Of a DNA stretch of 64,000 nt, positions 1 through 31,259 are shown piece by piece. Under the pieces are notes generated by a model. That model saw nothing but the letters and a program-made list of their open reading frames with translations, made no database searches and had not been told where the DNA came from. The position numbers and the translations under genes are program-made. This DNA comes from Salpingoeca rosetta (Eukaryota > Protista > Choanoflagellata): contig JAWQFM010000005.1 in NCBI GenBank assembly GCA_033442325.1, positions 480,267 to 544,266 of the forward strand, read 5' to 3'. Every line of letters begins with the position of its first letter. Position 1 is the stretch's first letter.

Positions 1-686
1 ATGCCATAGATGAGGCCGTTGTTGGCAGCCACACCGCTGGTCCACTTGCCGAAGTCTGATGGCAGTCCACCCAGTGTGGTGTTGTCCACAGTGTTTGTCT
101 CTGGATCGATGACTAGGACAGCTGGAGCGTCGTGTGGAAACCCATAAATGAGACTGTTGGCAGCCAGCACACCACCAACCCACTTGTCGCCGCCTGAGCC
201 GAGCCCAGTGATGGTAGTTGTATCAGCGGTGTTGGTGGTGGGATCAATGATAAGGACAGAGGTGGAGCTAAACGGGATGCCGTAAATGAGGCCGTTGTTG
301 GCCAAAACGCCGCCAAGCCAGTCATGGCTTCCTCCAATTCCAACGCTGGCCATGGTGGTGGTGTCCGTGGTAGGGTGTCGCAGGAGGCAGGTCAGGCCGC
401 GCTGTTCCTGAAGTTCACGGTTTTGTGCTTCCAGCCTGCTCGCCTGCGCTTCCAGCGCGCTTGCTTGTGCTTCCACCACTTCAAACAACTTGCCCACGTC
501 CATGCCATTGAAGAACAAAGTGGAATTGGCTGGGTTGCTGGTGTTGATGTGGAATACGCCATTCCTGTCCTCCACCATCACCACGTTTGCCATCACACGC
601 AGGTGTCGCTGAACCACGAAACCCACAAGCAAAACGCCCATAGCCACAGCAGCCATCTTGCCACGGCTGTCCTGATGACGCCTCAT
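1..686 (-). CDS. Partial (runs off window start) predicted secreted or membrane-anchored protein: hydrophobic N-terminus, coiled coil, then ~47-aa WxGGVLAxNGxIYGxP..VLxIDP beta-propeller-like repeats
   Basis: Open frame from ATG 686 to position 1, with no intron seen: MRRHQDSRGKMAAVAMGVLLVGFVVQ...EAQASALEAQASRLEAQNRELQEQ...WLGGVLANNGLIYGIPFSSTSVLIIDP...KWVGGVLAANSLIYGFPHDAPAVLVIDP...KWTSGVAANNGLIYG. There is an in-frame stop upstream of the ATG. Not in the ORF track because it has no stop inside the window. Confidence 0.8.
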   Translation of the reverse strand, partial: MRRHQDSRGKMAAVAMGVLLVGFVVQRHLRVMANVVMVEDRNGVFHINTSNPANSTLFFNGMDVGKLFEVVEAQASALEAQASRLEAQNRELQEQRGLTCLLRHPTTDTTTMASVGIGGSHDWLGGVLANNGLIYGIPFSSTSVLIIDPTTNTADTTTITGLGSGGDKWVGGVLAANSLIYGFPHDAPAVLVIDPETNTVDNTTLGGLPSDFGKWTSGVAANNGLIYG

Positions 687-1105
687 CCTGCTCGTCCCCA
701 CCGGCTTTCTGGCTTTGTATCCGTCAATGTTCTTGTTGGGGTTGATTGGTGCGTGGTTGTGACCTTAACCGTGCTGCTGCTTCGTTGCTGTGAAATACGA
801 GCACAACAACACAGGAAGCAAAGACACAAAGCAGGAGGAGGGAAGAAAATATCGTCCAAGAGTACTCACCAGCTCGTCGCCCTATCGCCCCACGCCCACG
901 TGTCACTTGCTCGGTCGTCGAACAGCTTCCTTTGTTTGATTTACGACTACTGGGACAGCATTGCCACAAGAACAAACAAAGAAACAAAGAGCAAAACGAT
1001 GCTGGACAAACCAAGCGGGGGCGGGGCACAGCGAACAACACGCTGTGATGCCAGACACGATACGATGGTGGTGGTGGTGGTGGTGGTGGAGGTGGTGGAG
1101 AGCGG

Positions 1106-2855
1106 TCAGCCGTAGAGGGCGTTTGCCAGCTCAAGGAACTTCTGCCGCTGCTTGTCGCGCTGTATCGGCACCGACGTGATGTTGATGTTGTTGGTGTTGA
1201 TAAACATGTGAGCGCCACAACAAACGACATACGAACAATCATACACACGCACATGCGCAAACGCACTAGCAAAGGCACATGTTAAGCAAAATAACACACA
1301 CACAAGCGTGCGGTCGCACCTTCTTGTCCTCCTTTGACTTTGGGATGCTGCGCTTGATCACCTCTCCCGTGATGGAGCTGTACATCACCTCGTCCTGCGC
1401 ACATGAGTTGAGAATGGTACAAGGGAGTGAGTGAGTGAGTGTGTGTGTGTGTGTTTGTTTCAAAGCAGACGATGTACGCACATTCTCACAACACAACACA
1501 CACAAACACACACACAACACGCACGTCCACGCACTCATGCACACATGCACACACACACACACACACACAAGTACCTTCTTTGACTTCTTCTTGTTCTTCT
1601 TTGACTTTTTGTGTTTCTTCTTGTCCTTCTTCTTCTTCTTGTCCTTGTCCTTGCGGTTGCTGCTGCTGCTGCTGCTGCGACGTCGCTCGCGTGCGCTGCC
1701 CGTGCTGGTCCGGCGGGCCGGCGATGCGTCCCGCTGTTTCCCGCCAAATCCCCGCGCGCATCGCCGTTGTCACCACACGCCATCACGGACGCCGTGCGCG
1801 TGTGCACGAGTTGAACACGTTGCATGCGCGCGCACGTGGGTGTGTCCAGCCGACCGCAGGGCACAAGCGGATGCGGCGAAACGGAGCGAGAACGGCAGTG
1901 CATGCCGTGCGCGAGCGCAACGCACGCGCGTGTCAAGGTGCAGTGCAGTAGTGCGGTGGACGGCGCGTGTCATCGTGCACGCGAGCACGCGACGGGGCGG
2001 AAGGACATGGAATTGAAGGGCATCTCCACGTTAAAACGGCGAGCACAGATAGTGTGGTAGTGGGGTTGGGTTGGGGGACGGAGTTGGACAAGGAAGATCA
2101 ACGATGGAAGGCATGCAAGGAAGGGGAGGACAAGCATGAAGTTTGTGTATCATGCACCAAAAGGGGGAAGTTGTGAGTGCCAATCAACGCAAACATGTGC
2201 TTGGCGTTGGAGGTGAACATCAGCATAGCACGCACATGCATGTCTACTCGTGCATATACACCCACGTGTACAGCTACGTGTACAGCTACGCGTACAATTA
2301 CACGCACAAGCTTGCATACATACACACACACAGACGCACACACACAGACGCACACACACACAGACACACACACACAGACACACACACACACACACACACA
2401 CACCTCGTCAGGGGCATCGTCGTGCGCGCGAGTGCTTGAGCGGCGGCGATGGTGGCGGTCTCGCTCGTCATCGCTGCTGTCACTGCTGTCTGAGCTGGAG
2501 CTGGATGGCGAGCGGCGCCGACGGCTGCGGCGCGAATCCCTGTCATAGTCGTTGTCATCGTCGTGGTCGCGTCTGTCGCGGCGACCTGTGTTCCACGCCA
2601 CGCCACACCACAGTAATATGTGAGACGATGAGCAACACGCGTCGCAAACACGCAGCAGCTGTCTTGGGCGAGGACGAGAAGAAAGAAGTGTAGGAGGATG
2701 GCAGCGAGGAACAAAACGTGGCAGACAGACACACAGACACACAGACACACACAGACACAGACACAGACACACAGACACAGACACAGACATACAGACACAG
2801 ACACAGACACAGACACACAGACACAGACACACACACAGACACAGACACAGACACA

Positions 2856-2934
<79 letters not shown>

Positions 2935-3066
2935 CGTAGCTCTGACCTCGGCTGCGTGGCGGGGACGGGAAACGCGACCGGGAACGCGACCGGGAACGCG
3001 ACCGGGATGGGGTGCGGCGCTTGCGGCGGTGAGGGGACGGTGAGCGGCGGCCCCTCCGCACAGGCG

Positions 3067-3097
<31 letters not shown>

Positions 3098-3262
3098 GCG
3101 ACCGCGTTGCTCTCGCTTGGACGAGACGACGTCACGCCCTCTACCCCTGCGGCCGCCGTCTTCATCATCGTCGTCACTGTATCGCCTGCGGCTGCGTGGG
3201 CTGTGGCGTCTCATATCGTCGCTGTCCCTTCTCCTCCTGCCACCTTCACCCCGCAAACTCAT
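1106..3262 (-). CDS. Multi-exon SR/RD/K-rich low-complexity nuclear protein, probably splicing-associated
   Basis: Exons: [27 protein letters not shown] (3262-~2935); [26 protein letters not shown] (~2585-2403); [19 protein letters not shown] (~1570-1700); [25 protein letters not shown] (~1320-1395); [19 protein letters not shown] (stop 1106). Confidence 0.7.
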
Positions 3263-3357
3263 GGCTGCTTGCTTGTTGTGCGTGTGTGGTTTGCGTATTT
3301 CGTGTGCTTTGTCGCTGCTTGGTCTTATGGCTTGCTTGTGTGCGACCGCATGCGTGT

Positions 3358-6156
<2,799 letters not shown>

Positions 6157-6528
6157 CGTTCAGTGTGTCTGTGTGTCTGTGTGTGTGTGTGTGTGTGTGT
6201 GTCTGTGTGTGTGTGTGTCTGTGTGTGTGTGTGTGTCTGTGTGTGTGTGTCTGTGTCTGTGTCTGTGTCTGTGTCTGTGTCTGTGTTGTTGCTTGTTTGC
6301 ATGTGCTCGCCCGTTTTTTGTGCAATCGCCGCTCTCATTGTTTTCGCACACACACACACTGCCACAACCGACTGCACCACTTGCTCAGCAGCAGCATTCA
6401 TTCGCATCCACCGCACTACTTGCTTGCCTCCGTTTGTTGCCTGGCGTGGCTGGTGTGGAGCAAGCTCCTGGTGTTGGCTGAACACGCACAAGCACAACAA
6501 CCCGCACACCTCATCTCACCTACGGCAG

Positions 6529-8151
<1,623 letters not shown>

Positions 8152-8492
8152 TCGACCGTCTACCATGCCTTGTCGACACTGTCGGTTGCGGATGTGCGAT
8201 GTGATATGTGATGTTGTCGTGTTTGTGCCTCTTGGATGGTGCGTTACTGCACGTTGTTGCCGTTGATGATGATGATGTTGTTGTTGTTGTTGCTGCTGTT
8301 GATGAAAATAGCTGTTTCGTACGCATTTGTGTGCATGTCTGTACGCGTGAGTGTCTGTGCGAGTGGGTTTGATACACTGCATGGATGAAGGTGGAACAGC
8401 AAGACGAAGGAAAGGTGGGCGAATGTGTGAGAGAGCTGCTGTTTAAGTTACAGATGTGTACACAAGCGAGCAAACAAACAAACGCACAATCG

Positions 8493-8623
<131 letters not shown>

Positions 8624-9214
8624 CACAAACAGCTGCGTGCGCGCCAAAATTAAAACCGCATCGAATCTCTCACCAAGAATAAAAAATTACCACGAAAACC
8701 AACACAAGGCACAACCAGCGGGTTTCTCACAATCAGACAAGCCGCAACGGTTAGCGCGTTCTCGTGTGCGACTGCGTAAGCCCACAATTTCCTCTTGGGT
8801 CGGCGATGCACAGTCGGCAAATTCAATGTTTGTCGAGAGAAAAACACAAAGCCTTCCACCCGAATTTTTTCCGTGCAACGTTGCTTCTCTCTTTCTCCTT
8901 TTTTCTCCACATTCTCGCTTGTCGTGGCATTTTTTCCTCTCAACCATCCGAACCAACACCTCCACCTGCTTGGTAAGTCGTTGCGTGTGCCTTGCGTGCG
9001 TATGTGTGCGTATGCGTGCGCGTGTAACAGCGCCGCAGCCATGGTTGGATATGGGTTTGGTGGTGGTGGTGGACCGATGCTGCTTCCCATGATGCTGCTT
9101 CCCATTGCTCACGCCTCCTCCTCCTCACTTCATCACTTGCTTATCTCTGCATGTGCTGAAACAGAATCCCCTTGTCTTCGCTCGATCGTTGCATCAACAC
9201 CCAACCAACCAAAG

Positions 9215-9970
<756 letters not shown>

Positions 9971-10597
9971 AGCATCACCGCCACCACAGCCAGGCAGCCC
10001 CCATCACCGCGCATGACGTCCTCCCGTTCTTGCGGCTGCGGCATTGCACGGCTTCAACGTCGACAAACTTTGTTGCGTCGTGTCTGTGTAGTTGTTCTGC
10101 CTGATGCGATGTGATGCTCCGATGCTCCGTTTCCTTTTGGTGAGTTTTTGTTTTTCTTTTGCCCTTGTTCTGTTCCGCTTGAGCGATTGGCACACCCTTT
10201 CTCGCTGTGCCTTGCTTGCAGGACCTTGTACTTAATGGCTTCTTCATGTTTGGTGCAACCGTTGGCGCCCTTGTTTTTGTGTGGCTGCCGCACCTGCTCG
10301 TTCTTTGTCTATGACTTCTGTTCCCGTGTTGTTCCCGCTTCTAACTGGTCCCTCTGATTACTTTCTTATCCCATGCCAGCCATTGCCCGCACCGACCGCG
10401 TGTGCGTGCCGGTGTGCTCCCCCCTTCCCACTACCGTATCCAAAGTACCATATCCATTCCACCACCCACCGTGTAACCAACTCAGAAAACCTCCTTGGTT
10501 CATTCATTCCATCAATGCCAACGAAGGCCGGGTGTGTTCCTTTACACTCATCCAGTTATAATACACGAGGCTGTGTGAGAAACGGGGTGGAGGAGGG

Positions 10598-15750
<5,153 letters not shown>

Positions 15751-15797
15751 CATGATGCAGTCACAGCACAAGCCTACGAGTGAGTGAGGGGTGTGAG

Positions 15798-19200
<3,403 letters not shown>

Positions 19201-19505
19201 ATTCATGTCAACTGCTGTGTACTCTTGGAGCCTTGTGGAGACGGAGCGCTCACTCGCAATTAGGAGGAAGAAAGGACAGGAACAGAGTACATGAACAACT
19301 CAGCATCACACACACACACACACCTTAAGGAACAAAACAACACCTCAGCCTCACTCGGTAGGGAAGAAACGCAACACAACGCCACATACAGACACGCACA
19401 ACACAATGCCACACAAAGCACACGTTGAGCTTGCTCGTTTCTCAGCAGCATCACAAACAACACATGTACAGCACATCCACAAGCACAACTCAGCCCGCTC
19501 TCTGG

Positions 19506-21374
19506 TCAGAGCTGCAGGATGGAGAGGTCGGCGGGGAGCTCGTTGATGGCGATGCTGTAGAAGGACTCAATGTCGCGCAGGAAGCGCGCATCCTCCTGCG
19601 TGACCAGGTTGATGGTGACGCCCTTGCGGCCCTGGCGCCCGCCACGGCCAGCACGGTGGATGTAGCTCTCGCGGTCCAGCGGTACGTCGTAGTTGATCAC
19701 GAGCGACACCTGCTGCACGTCAATGCCGCGTGCAACAACGTTTGTGGCCACCAGCACGCGGCTCTGGCCCGAGCGGAAGCGGTCGAGCGTGGCGATGCGC
19801 TCGTCCTGCTCCATCTCGCCATGGATGACGGAGACGGCAAACTTGTCGCGGACGAGGCGGTCCTCCAGCTCAAGCGCTGTGCGGCGCCGGTTGACAAACA
19901 CCACCGTCTGCGCCGTGTTGAGGGAGTTGTAGAGGTCGCACAGCGTCGGGTACTTGTGCAGGTGCTGCTGCACGTCAACAAAGAAGTGCTGAATGCCTTC
20001 CAGTCGCAGCTCTTCCGGCTTCACCAGGATGTTCACGGGGTTGCGCAGAACCTTCTTGGAAATCTGTTATGATGATGGTGATGATGGTGGGGGTGGAGTA
20101 TGATGGCGGTGGCGGTTAGTGTGGAGGAATGCGGTGGTGGAGAATGCAATGGCGATGGAGGGATGTGAGTGGTTGGTGATGGTAAGCGGGCACACATGTA
20201 CACTGTGCAGTGACATGCATGTGTGAGGATGAGGCATGCATGCACAACACTACATTGAGGAGCACAACAACACGTGTACGTGTGTTTTTGATGTACTTCG
20301 CCTCTGTGTTTTCTCACCTTGAGGAGGACGTCTGTGGTGGTGGCGGTGACCAGGACGACCTGTGCATCGCGGGGCACAAACTGGAACACGTCATAGATGT
20401 CGTCCTGGAAGTATTCGAGGAGCTCGTCTGCCTCGTCAAGGACGATGGTGGTGAGCTGGCGGCAGTCGAGGCTGTCGTCGCTGAGCATGTGCTTCACACG
20501 TCCTGGGGTGCCACACACCACGTGTATGCCGTCTTCGCGCAGGGCGGTGCGCTGGTCACGCACGCTCTGGCCGCCAATCAGTGGCAGCACGCGCACGCCC
20601 ACGTAGGAGCCCAGCGACTGGCAAGCGTCGGCGGTCTGAATGGCGAGCTCACGCGTCGGGGACAGGACCAGCAGCTGGCACGAAGGCAGCGTCGTGTCCA
20701 CGCGCTGCAGAGAGCCGATGGAAAACGTGGCCGTCTTTCCCATGCCGGACGGAGCCTGCACAATCTGGCATTTGTCACACACAAGAGTCAAGGTGGAGGA
20801 AGGTGAGCCAGGGCATGTACTTCCTTACTTCAGTCATCGGCAAGCGCACTACAACAAATGCCAGGCACATCCACAACAGACACGCCAAGCACATCCACAA
20901 CAAACAAGCCACACAACAGACATGCCACACACGCATCCACACGCGCGCGCAGCGTACAATGTCGCGTCCACTGGAGATGGGGACAATGGCACGCTGCTGG
21001 ATGGCTGTGGGTGCTTCGTAGCCATAAGCATACACGCCACGGAGGAGTTCCATGCTCAAGTTCATGTCGTCGAAGGTGTCAATGATCTGCACTGGATCAT
21101 GGCCAGTGCCAGCAGGCACGACGGAGTCGCCATCTTGCTTGTGTGTCTCCACATCGGGGACATCATGCTGCTCCTGCTTGAGGGTAGCGGCGTCGGCGTG
21201 GCTGGCGTTGTGGCTCGACTCGCTGCTGTTCGGGTCCCAACAAGGGGTGCTCGGCGTCTGCTTGGCCGCTGCGGTGTCGCCCCGAGGATCAGGGGCGGTT
21301 GCCGCAGGGGCTCGGCGCGAGGTGTCGGCGAGGACGTGGACTTCTTCTTGCTTACTTGTTCTTGTTCTCTGCAT
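19506..21374 (-). CDS. EIF4A: Divergent eIF4A-family DEAD-box RNA helicase, at least 3 exons, with an N-terminal extension
   Basis: Q-motif region [30 protein letters not shown]; motif I APSGMGKT; Ia PTRELA; Ib TPGRV; II DEAD; III TAT; V ARGID; [10 protein letters not shown]. eIF4A-type segments [24 protein letters not shown] and LRDIESFY. Confidence 0.9.
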
Positions 21375-21832
21375 TTGGGGTCATCAAAACCACGCTACGA
21401 TGGCGTTGGTGAAAGGCTTGCTTTGCTTGCTTGTTTGTCGGGGATTCTTGTTCTTCGTCTTGATTCGTCAATTTGTAAATGAGCCACGCACACGCCTCGC
21501 AGCCGCGACTCTGCGACTGTGCGACTTCCAGCCAGCCATCATCTTAGCAGCCATGTGCTGGTGTGTGCAGCACGAGTGCGGAAGGACTTTGGTTTGGTTG
21601 GTCGTAACTGTCGATGTAAAATGCTGACTCAGCGTTTATTGGTGTGGTGGATACACCAGACACCACACAATGCGTCCCGGAGAACCGCGCGCGAAATTCA
21701 AAAACACCTACGAGCAAACCCGCTGCAAAGATACAAAGATCACATCACACAAGAACAAGACTTTAAGACTACAAGAGCACTACTGCAAGCTTCCCAATCT
21801 TCCTCCCATTGTCTCTCCTTCCTCAGTCTTCC

Positions 21833-22630
21833 TCAGTCTTCCTCGTCCTCGCTCTCGAGCCCAGGGAGCGTTGTGTCAAGCAAATCAGCACATTCATCGG
21901 CGTCATCGTCGTCGTCCTGGGCAATCTCGTTTTGCCATTCCCTGAGCGACGAGCTGTCCTCGGGGTCGTCGCGCTTCTTCCTCTTGGCGTTGATATCTTT
22001 CGGTGTGCCTTGCTGCACATGTTGCTGTGGCCGCTGTACTTGCTGTGTCCGCTGTGTTGGCTGTGGTGGCTGCTGCACCTGCTGCACCTGCTGTGTCTGT
22101 TGCACTTGCAGCGCCTGCTCCACTTGCTGCTTTACCTCCACGAAAGTCACAGGTGCCTGCGTGGGTGCTGTGGCCGATCTGGAGCCGGCACTATCGGCCA
22201 CGCTGGTGCCACGGGCTAGCACGGCTAAAGTGCACGAAAAGCATTCGACAGACGGCGTGAGTGCTTGATGCAACACCAACAACCGGACAGGACCATGGCT
22301 CTGGCTGACCATCAGGACACAGATACGCCACAAACAACTCACTGTGCAATGGACGCGGTTGCACGGCGGCCTGTGGTTGTTGCTGTTGTGCTGGATTGCC
22401 AGGCGCCCGCGAGTAGACTTGCTGCAAAGCTGCAAGCAACGCTGTCTGAAGGCCAGCCGCGGGCGATGGCGTTGGTGCAAGGCGGCTGCTTGGGGTGGTT
22501 GTGCTGACAAGCAGGTGTCGAAGATACCCCGTGCGCGACCCAGGATTCATGGTGGCCAACACGTCGTTGAGACTGCGTGCAATGCACATGAGCCCCTGCG
22601 CAATTCACAGCACCAAGCAACAGCGGCATG

Positions 22631-22677
<47 letters not shown>

Positions 22678-25214
22678 TGTGTGTTAATGTGAGTGTGATT
22701 GTGCGGGTGAGTGACCAAGTGCGCGTGAGTGACCTAGTGTGCACATGCATGTGCAAACAGATGTACTGCATGACTGCAGGGCAAACTGCATCAATACTTC
22801 ACCAAAGTCTCCGTGGACAAGCAAAACGCACACACACGCACACACAACACGCGATGCAAGCCCGTGTGTCGTCCAAGATACCCACGACATACGTCTGTGA
22901 GCAGCATATCTGGGACGATGCGTGTACGGATCTCTCTCGCGCGAGCCACAACCGCATCCCTGATGTGGGGTGAATCAAGGTGGGCCATCAATGACAGGTC
23001 CTGGGGCGGAACGGCGGCAGTTGTTCTTGGAGGTTGGAAGAACAAGAGCGTCAGCACCCACACATACTCGTGCATCTGTGCATGGGCCTGACACCGCGGA
23101 AACCGCTGCTCGATCCACTTGGTGACAATCTCTGGCAGTTGCAGGTTACCCACGAACAGCTCCCCCTCTTTGCGCAGCGCGGGGACACCAACGCCTTTGG
23201 TTTTCATGCCTGAATTGAATATGCAGCAAGGTGAGAGGGGACAACCAGCCAGTGCACAGGAACACGCGCCAGCAACAATGAATGCATGTGCAAGTGTGTT
23301 TGTGTGTATGTGTGTGTGTTTGTGTGTATGTGTGTGTCTGTCTGTAGATGCGTTGTGGATTTGGATGCACCCCACGTGCGTGCTTGCTTCATGGCTTGGC
23401 CTTGTTGACCCAACTTCCCAACCAAACACAACTCCATCTCCTGTTTTCTCATACTTCGTCCATCCGACAGACATCACTTGTGTCCCCATCCCTCCATCCC
23501 ATTCAAGACGCCTCTGCGTACCTCGAGCGGAAGCAGTCCACATGTTTTCCAGCACACGTTGTATCCAATCGCGCTGCTGGCTTGACGAATCGGACAACGG
23601 TGACCCCTCGTACATCGTATGCACAATCACCTATTCAGACCGCAAGGAGGCAAGGCCAGTAAAGCAGAGTCGTGAGCGATCGTGTTGGCATGAGCTTCTG
23701 TGAACATCCGCGAGCAGACACCACAGGCACCACTAGCACTGCTCAAGAAGTTAAGACACACACATACACATACATACACACACACACATACACAGTGGCG
23801 TTTGCTTACCGAGTGGGTGTCGGTGAGAATGGCGCCGGACGCCCATGGAGCGCGGCGAACCAGCGCAAACCCGACGGAGAGCTTGGCAAAGGGTAGCACG
23901 TGCTGAGTTACTTGCCGCTCAAGCACGCACTCAGCGGCCACAACACCTGCAATGGATCTGTACCACCAAACACATACATCACACGGAGAACACGGCAATG
24001 ATGTGTACACCATGATATTGTGGATCTCGCTATCTCGAGATTTGAGGAGGTGACACCAGTATGGCCGAGCGGGTTGGAAAACAAGTTGTGTTGAGCATGA
24101 ATCGTGCCTCTCATGTCTTGAGTGGAAACGACTTACTCGATGAAGATGTTCGGGTCTGCTCGCCTGTAACCATCGACAGACAAGGCAACCAGGCAAACAG
24201 ACAGGCAAGACTGGCTGTGAGTCCAGATTGAATGTTCCAATGTCATGTTGTGGGTGGCGAGGTGTGCGATCTGTCGTTCGCTGCAAGTTGTGCTTGCTCA
24301 ATCATGTGCGTCCCAGGCATCCGTTCCTGGACTGTGCTCGAGCGAGCTCGTACATGTGGAGGGTGCTGAGCGTCTGGGATGGTGCCGTGCCACCAGCTGT
24401 TGTCATCAACAGCGGCACGTCCTGCAAGCCCGAAAAGAGAGAGAGAGAGTGTGTGTGTGTGTGCGTGTGTGATGTGTGCGTGTGTGTGCGTGTGTGATGT
24501 GTGTGTGTGTGAGTGAAGATGGGTGTCCTGAGCCGAGGTGTGTCACGTCAGTGGTACCCTTCAGAGCGAAACACGACAATATGTACTTCAAACCGAGAGT
24601 CGGCAGAGCTGTAGCTCATACCTTGCTGCCTGTGGGAAGGAAGACAGGCAAGAGTGCAAGATGGAGAAGGTTGAGAAGCCCTGAAAGCTCCTGCGGCTTA
24701 AACAAGGGCTCGGTTGTGCGAATGTGCAGCGTGTTCACCCGCGCTGCGTAGCACACGCAGACTGGGCTGAACGATGGGTGCGCAAACCTGTGCTCGTTGC
24801 CCACTGCTGAGTGCATGCAGCAGTGCGCGAACTCGTCCGAGGATGACCTCAGCTTGTCGACTGCCGCGCACAGCCTTTCCCATCTCGGGTCTTCAGTCTC
24901 GACGAAGTCAAACGTCACTGCGATGCAACACATTCAGTCACGGAGTGAGAAGTGCCGTGTGATGTTTCAACAGCACGCAGGGGACAAAGCTCACATCGCA
25001 TCCTCCCTCATGACGTGTGCACAGCAACAACACCAGAACACCAAGTTGAACGAAGGCCAAACAGACGACGTGCCTACACTGCAATGGCTCACAACAATAA
25101 GTCTCGCAGTCTGGGCAAACCTATGAAGTCGTGCATGAGGCGCACAACCAGCATCTTGACTGTCGCGTCGTGCTGCAACAGCAGCGACACGGTAGCTCGG
25201 GCCACGGTGGTCAT
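21833..25214 (-). CDS. Multi-exon hypothetical protein with a Q-rich segment, an NLS-like KRKKR and an acidic C-terminus
   Basis: Exons: MTTVARATVSLLLQHDATVKMLVVRLMHDFI, VTFDFVETEDPRWERLCAAVDKL, ELSGLLNLLHLALLPVFLP, VIVHTMYEG..RDWIQRVLENMW, GELFVGNLQLPEIVTKWIEQRFP, and last exon ..AKRKKRDDPED..EDEED* (21833). Splice phases were checked for only some junctions. Confidence 0.55.
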
Positions 25215-25510
25215 CGCCGGCTATCGAAGTGGTGGGTGCAGATGCTGGTGCGGGCTGAGATGTCGTGAGTGGAGAATGGCGGGGAACTGAAGCTGGCCGA
25301 GATTGCTTGCTTCTGCGTGCACATTCGCGATTGCCGTGTGTTGAATGAATGGCATGGCCATGCTGTCTGCGTACGTGAACGTGGTCTTGGTGCGTGCGTT
25401 TGTGCGTGTGTGTGTATGTGTGCGTTTTGGTTTCGCGGGAACATTGCTGCAGTCTTTGAGTGTCCAAAGAGGGTTTGCCTTGAACAACTTGATTCATATC
25501 GGAAGGTTCA

Positions 25511-25524
25511 TTTTCCCGCCAAAA
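25511..25524. promoter_or_regulatory. Overlapping double E2F-like site TTTTCCCGCCAAAA upstream of the 21833-25214 gene
   Basis: Matches TTTSSCGC on the + strand and TTTGGCGG on the - strand. A further TTTCGCGG lies at ~25431. Confidence 0.35.
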
Positions 25525-25556
25525 TGACAAAACGGCAATGTCCGGATTTTGTTACA

Positions 25557-25592
<36 letters not shown>

Positions 25593-25623
25593 ACAGACGC
25601 ACAGACACACACACACACACACA

Positions 25624-31075
<5,452 letters not shown>

Positions 31076-31259
31076 CCTGAACTCGTTGTGTGCACTGCTG
31101 TTGCAAGTGGATGTTCGCAGTTGTCACTTTCCTCTTCTTCCTCCTCTTCTTTTGTGCAAAGTGTCAGTTGCACACGACCCTTCTGCACATGGCATTGCTG
31201 TTTATGATCGCTTGACACACACACACACACACACACATGCACACTTGGAGAGGACAAGG

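Noticed and set aside
24010-24170. Possible Walker-B/DExH motif IFIDEIHN formed via a micro-exon
   Set aside because: Direct splicing without the micro-exon keeps the long downstream frame (IFIESIAGVV), and no Walker A motif was found.
23350-24420. TET/JBP-like hints (MSVGWTK, AHLD, WWHGT) in the hypothetical gene
   Set aside because: WWHGT is in a different frame from the phase-compatible exon chain, GWTK falls after a likely donor at ~23521 and is probably intronic, and the motif order is wrong for a 2OG dioxygenase.
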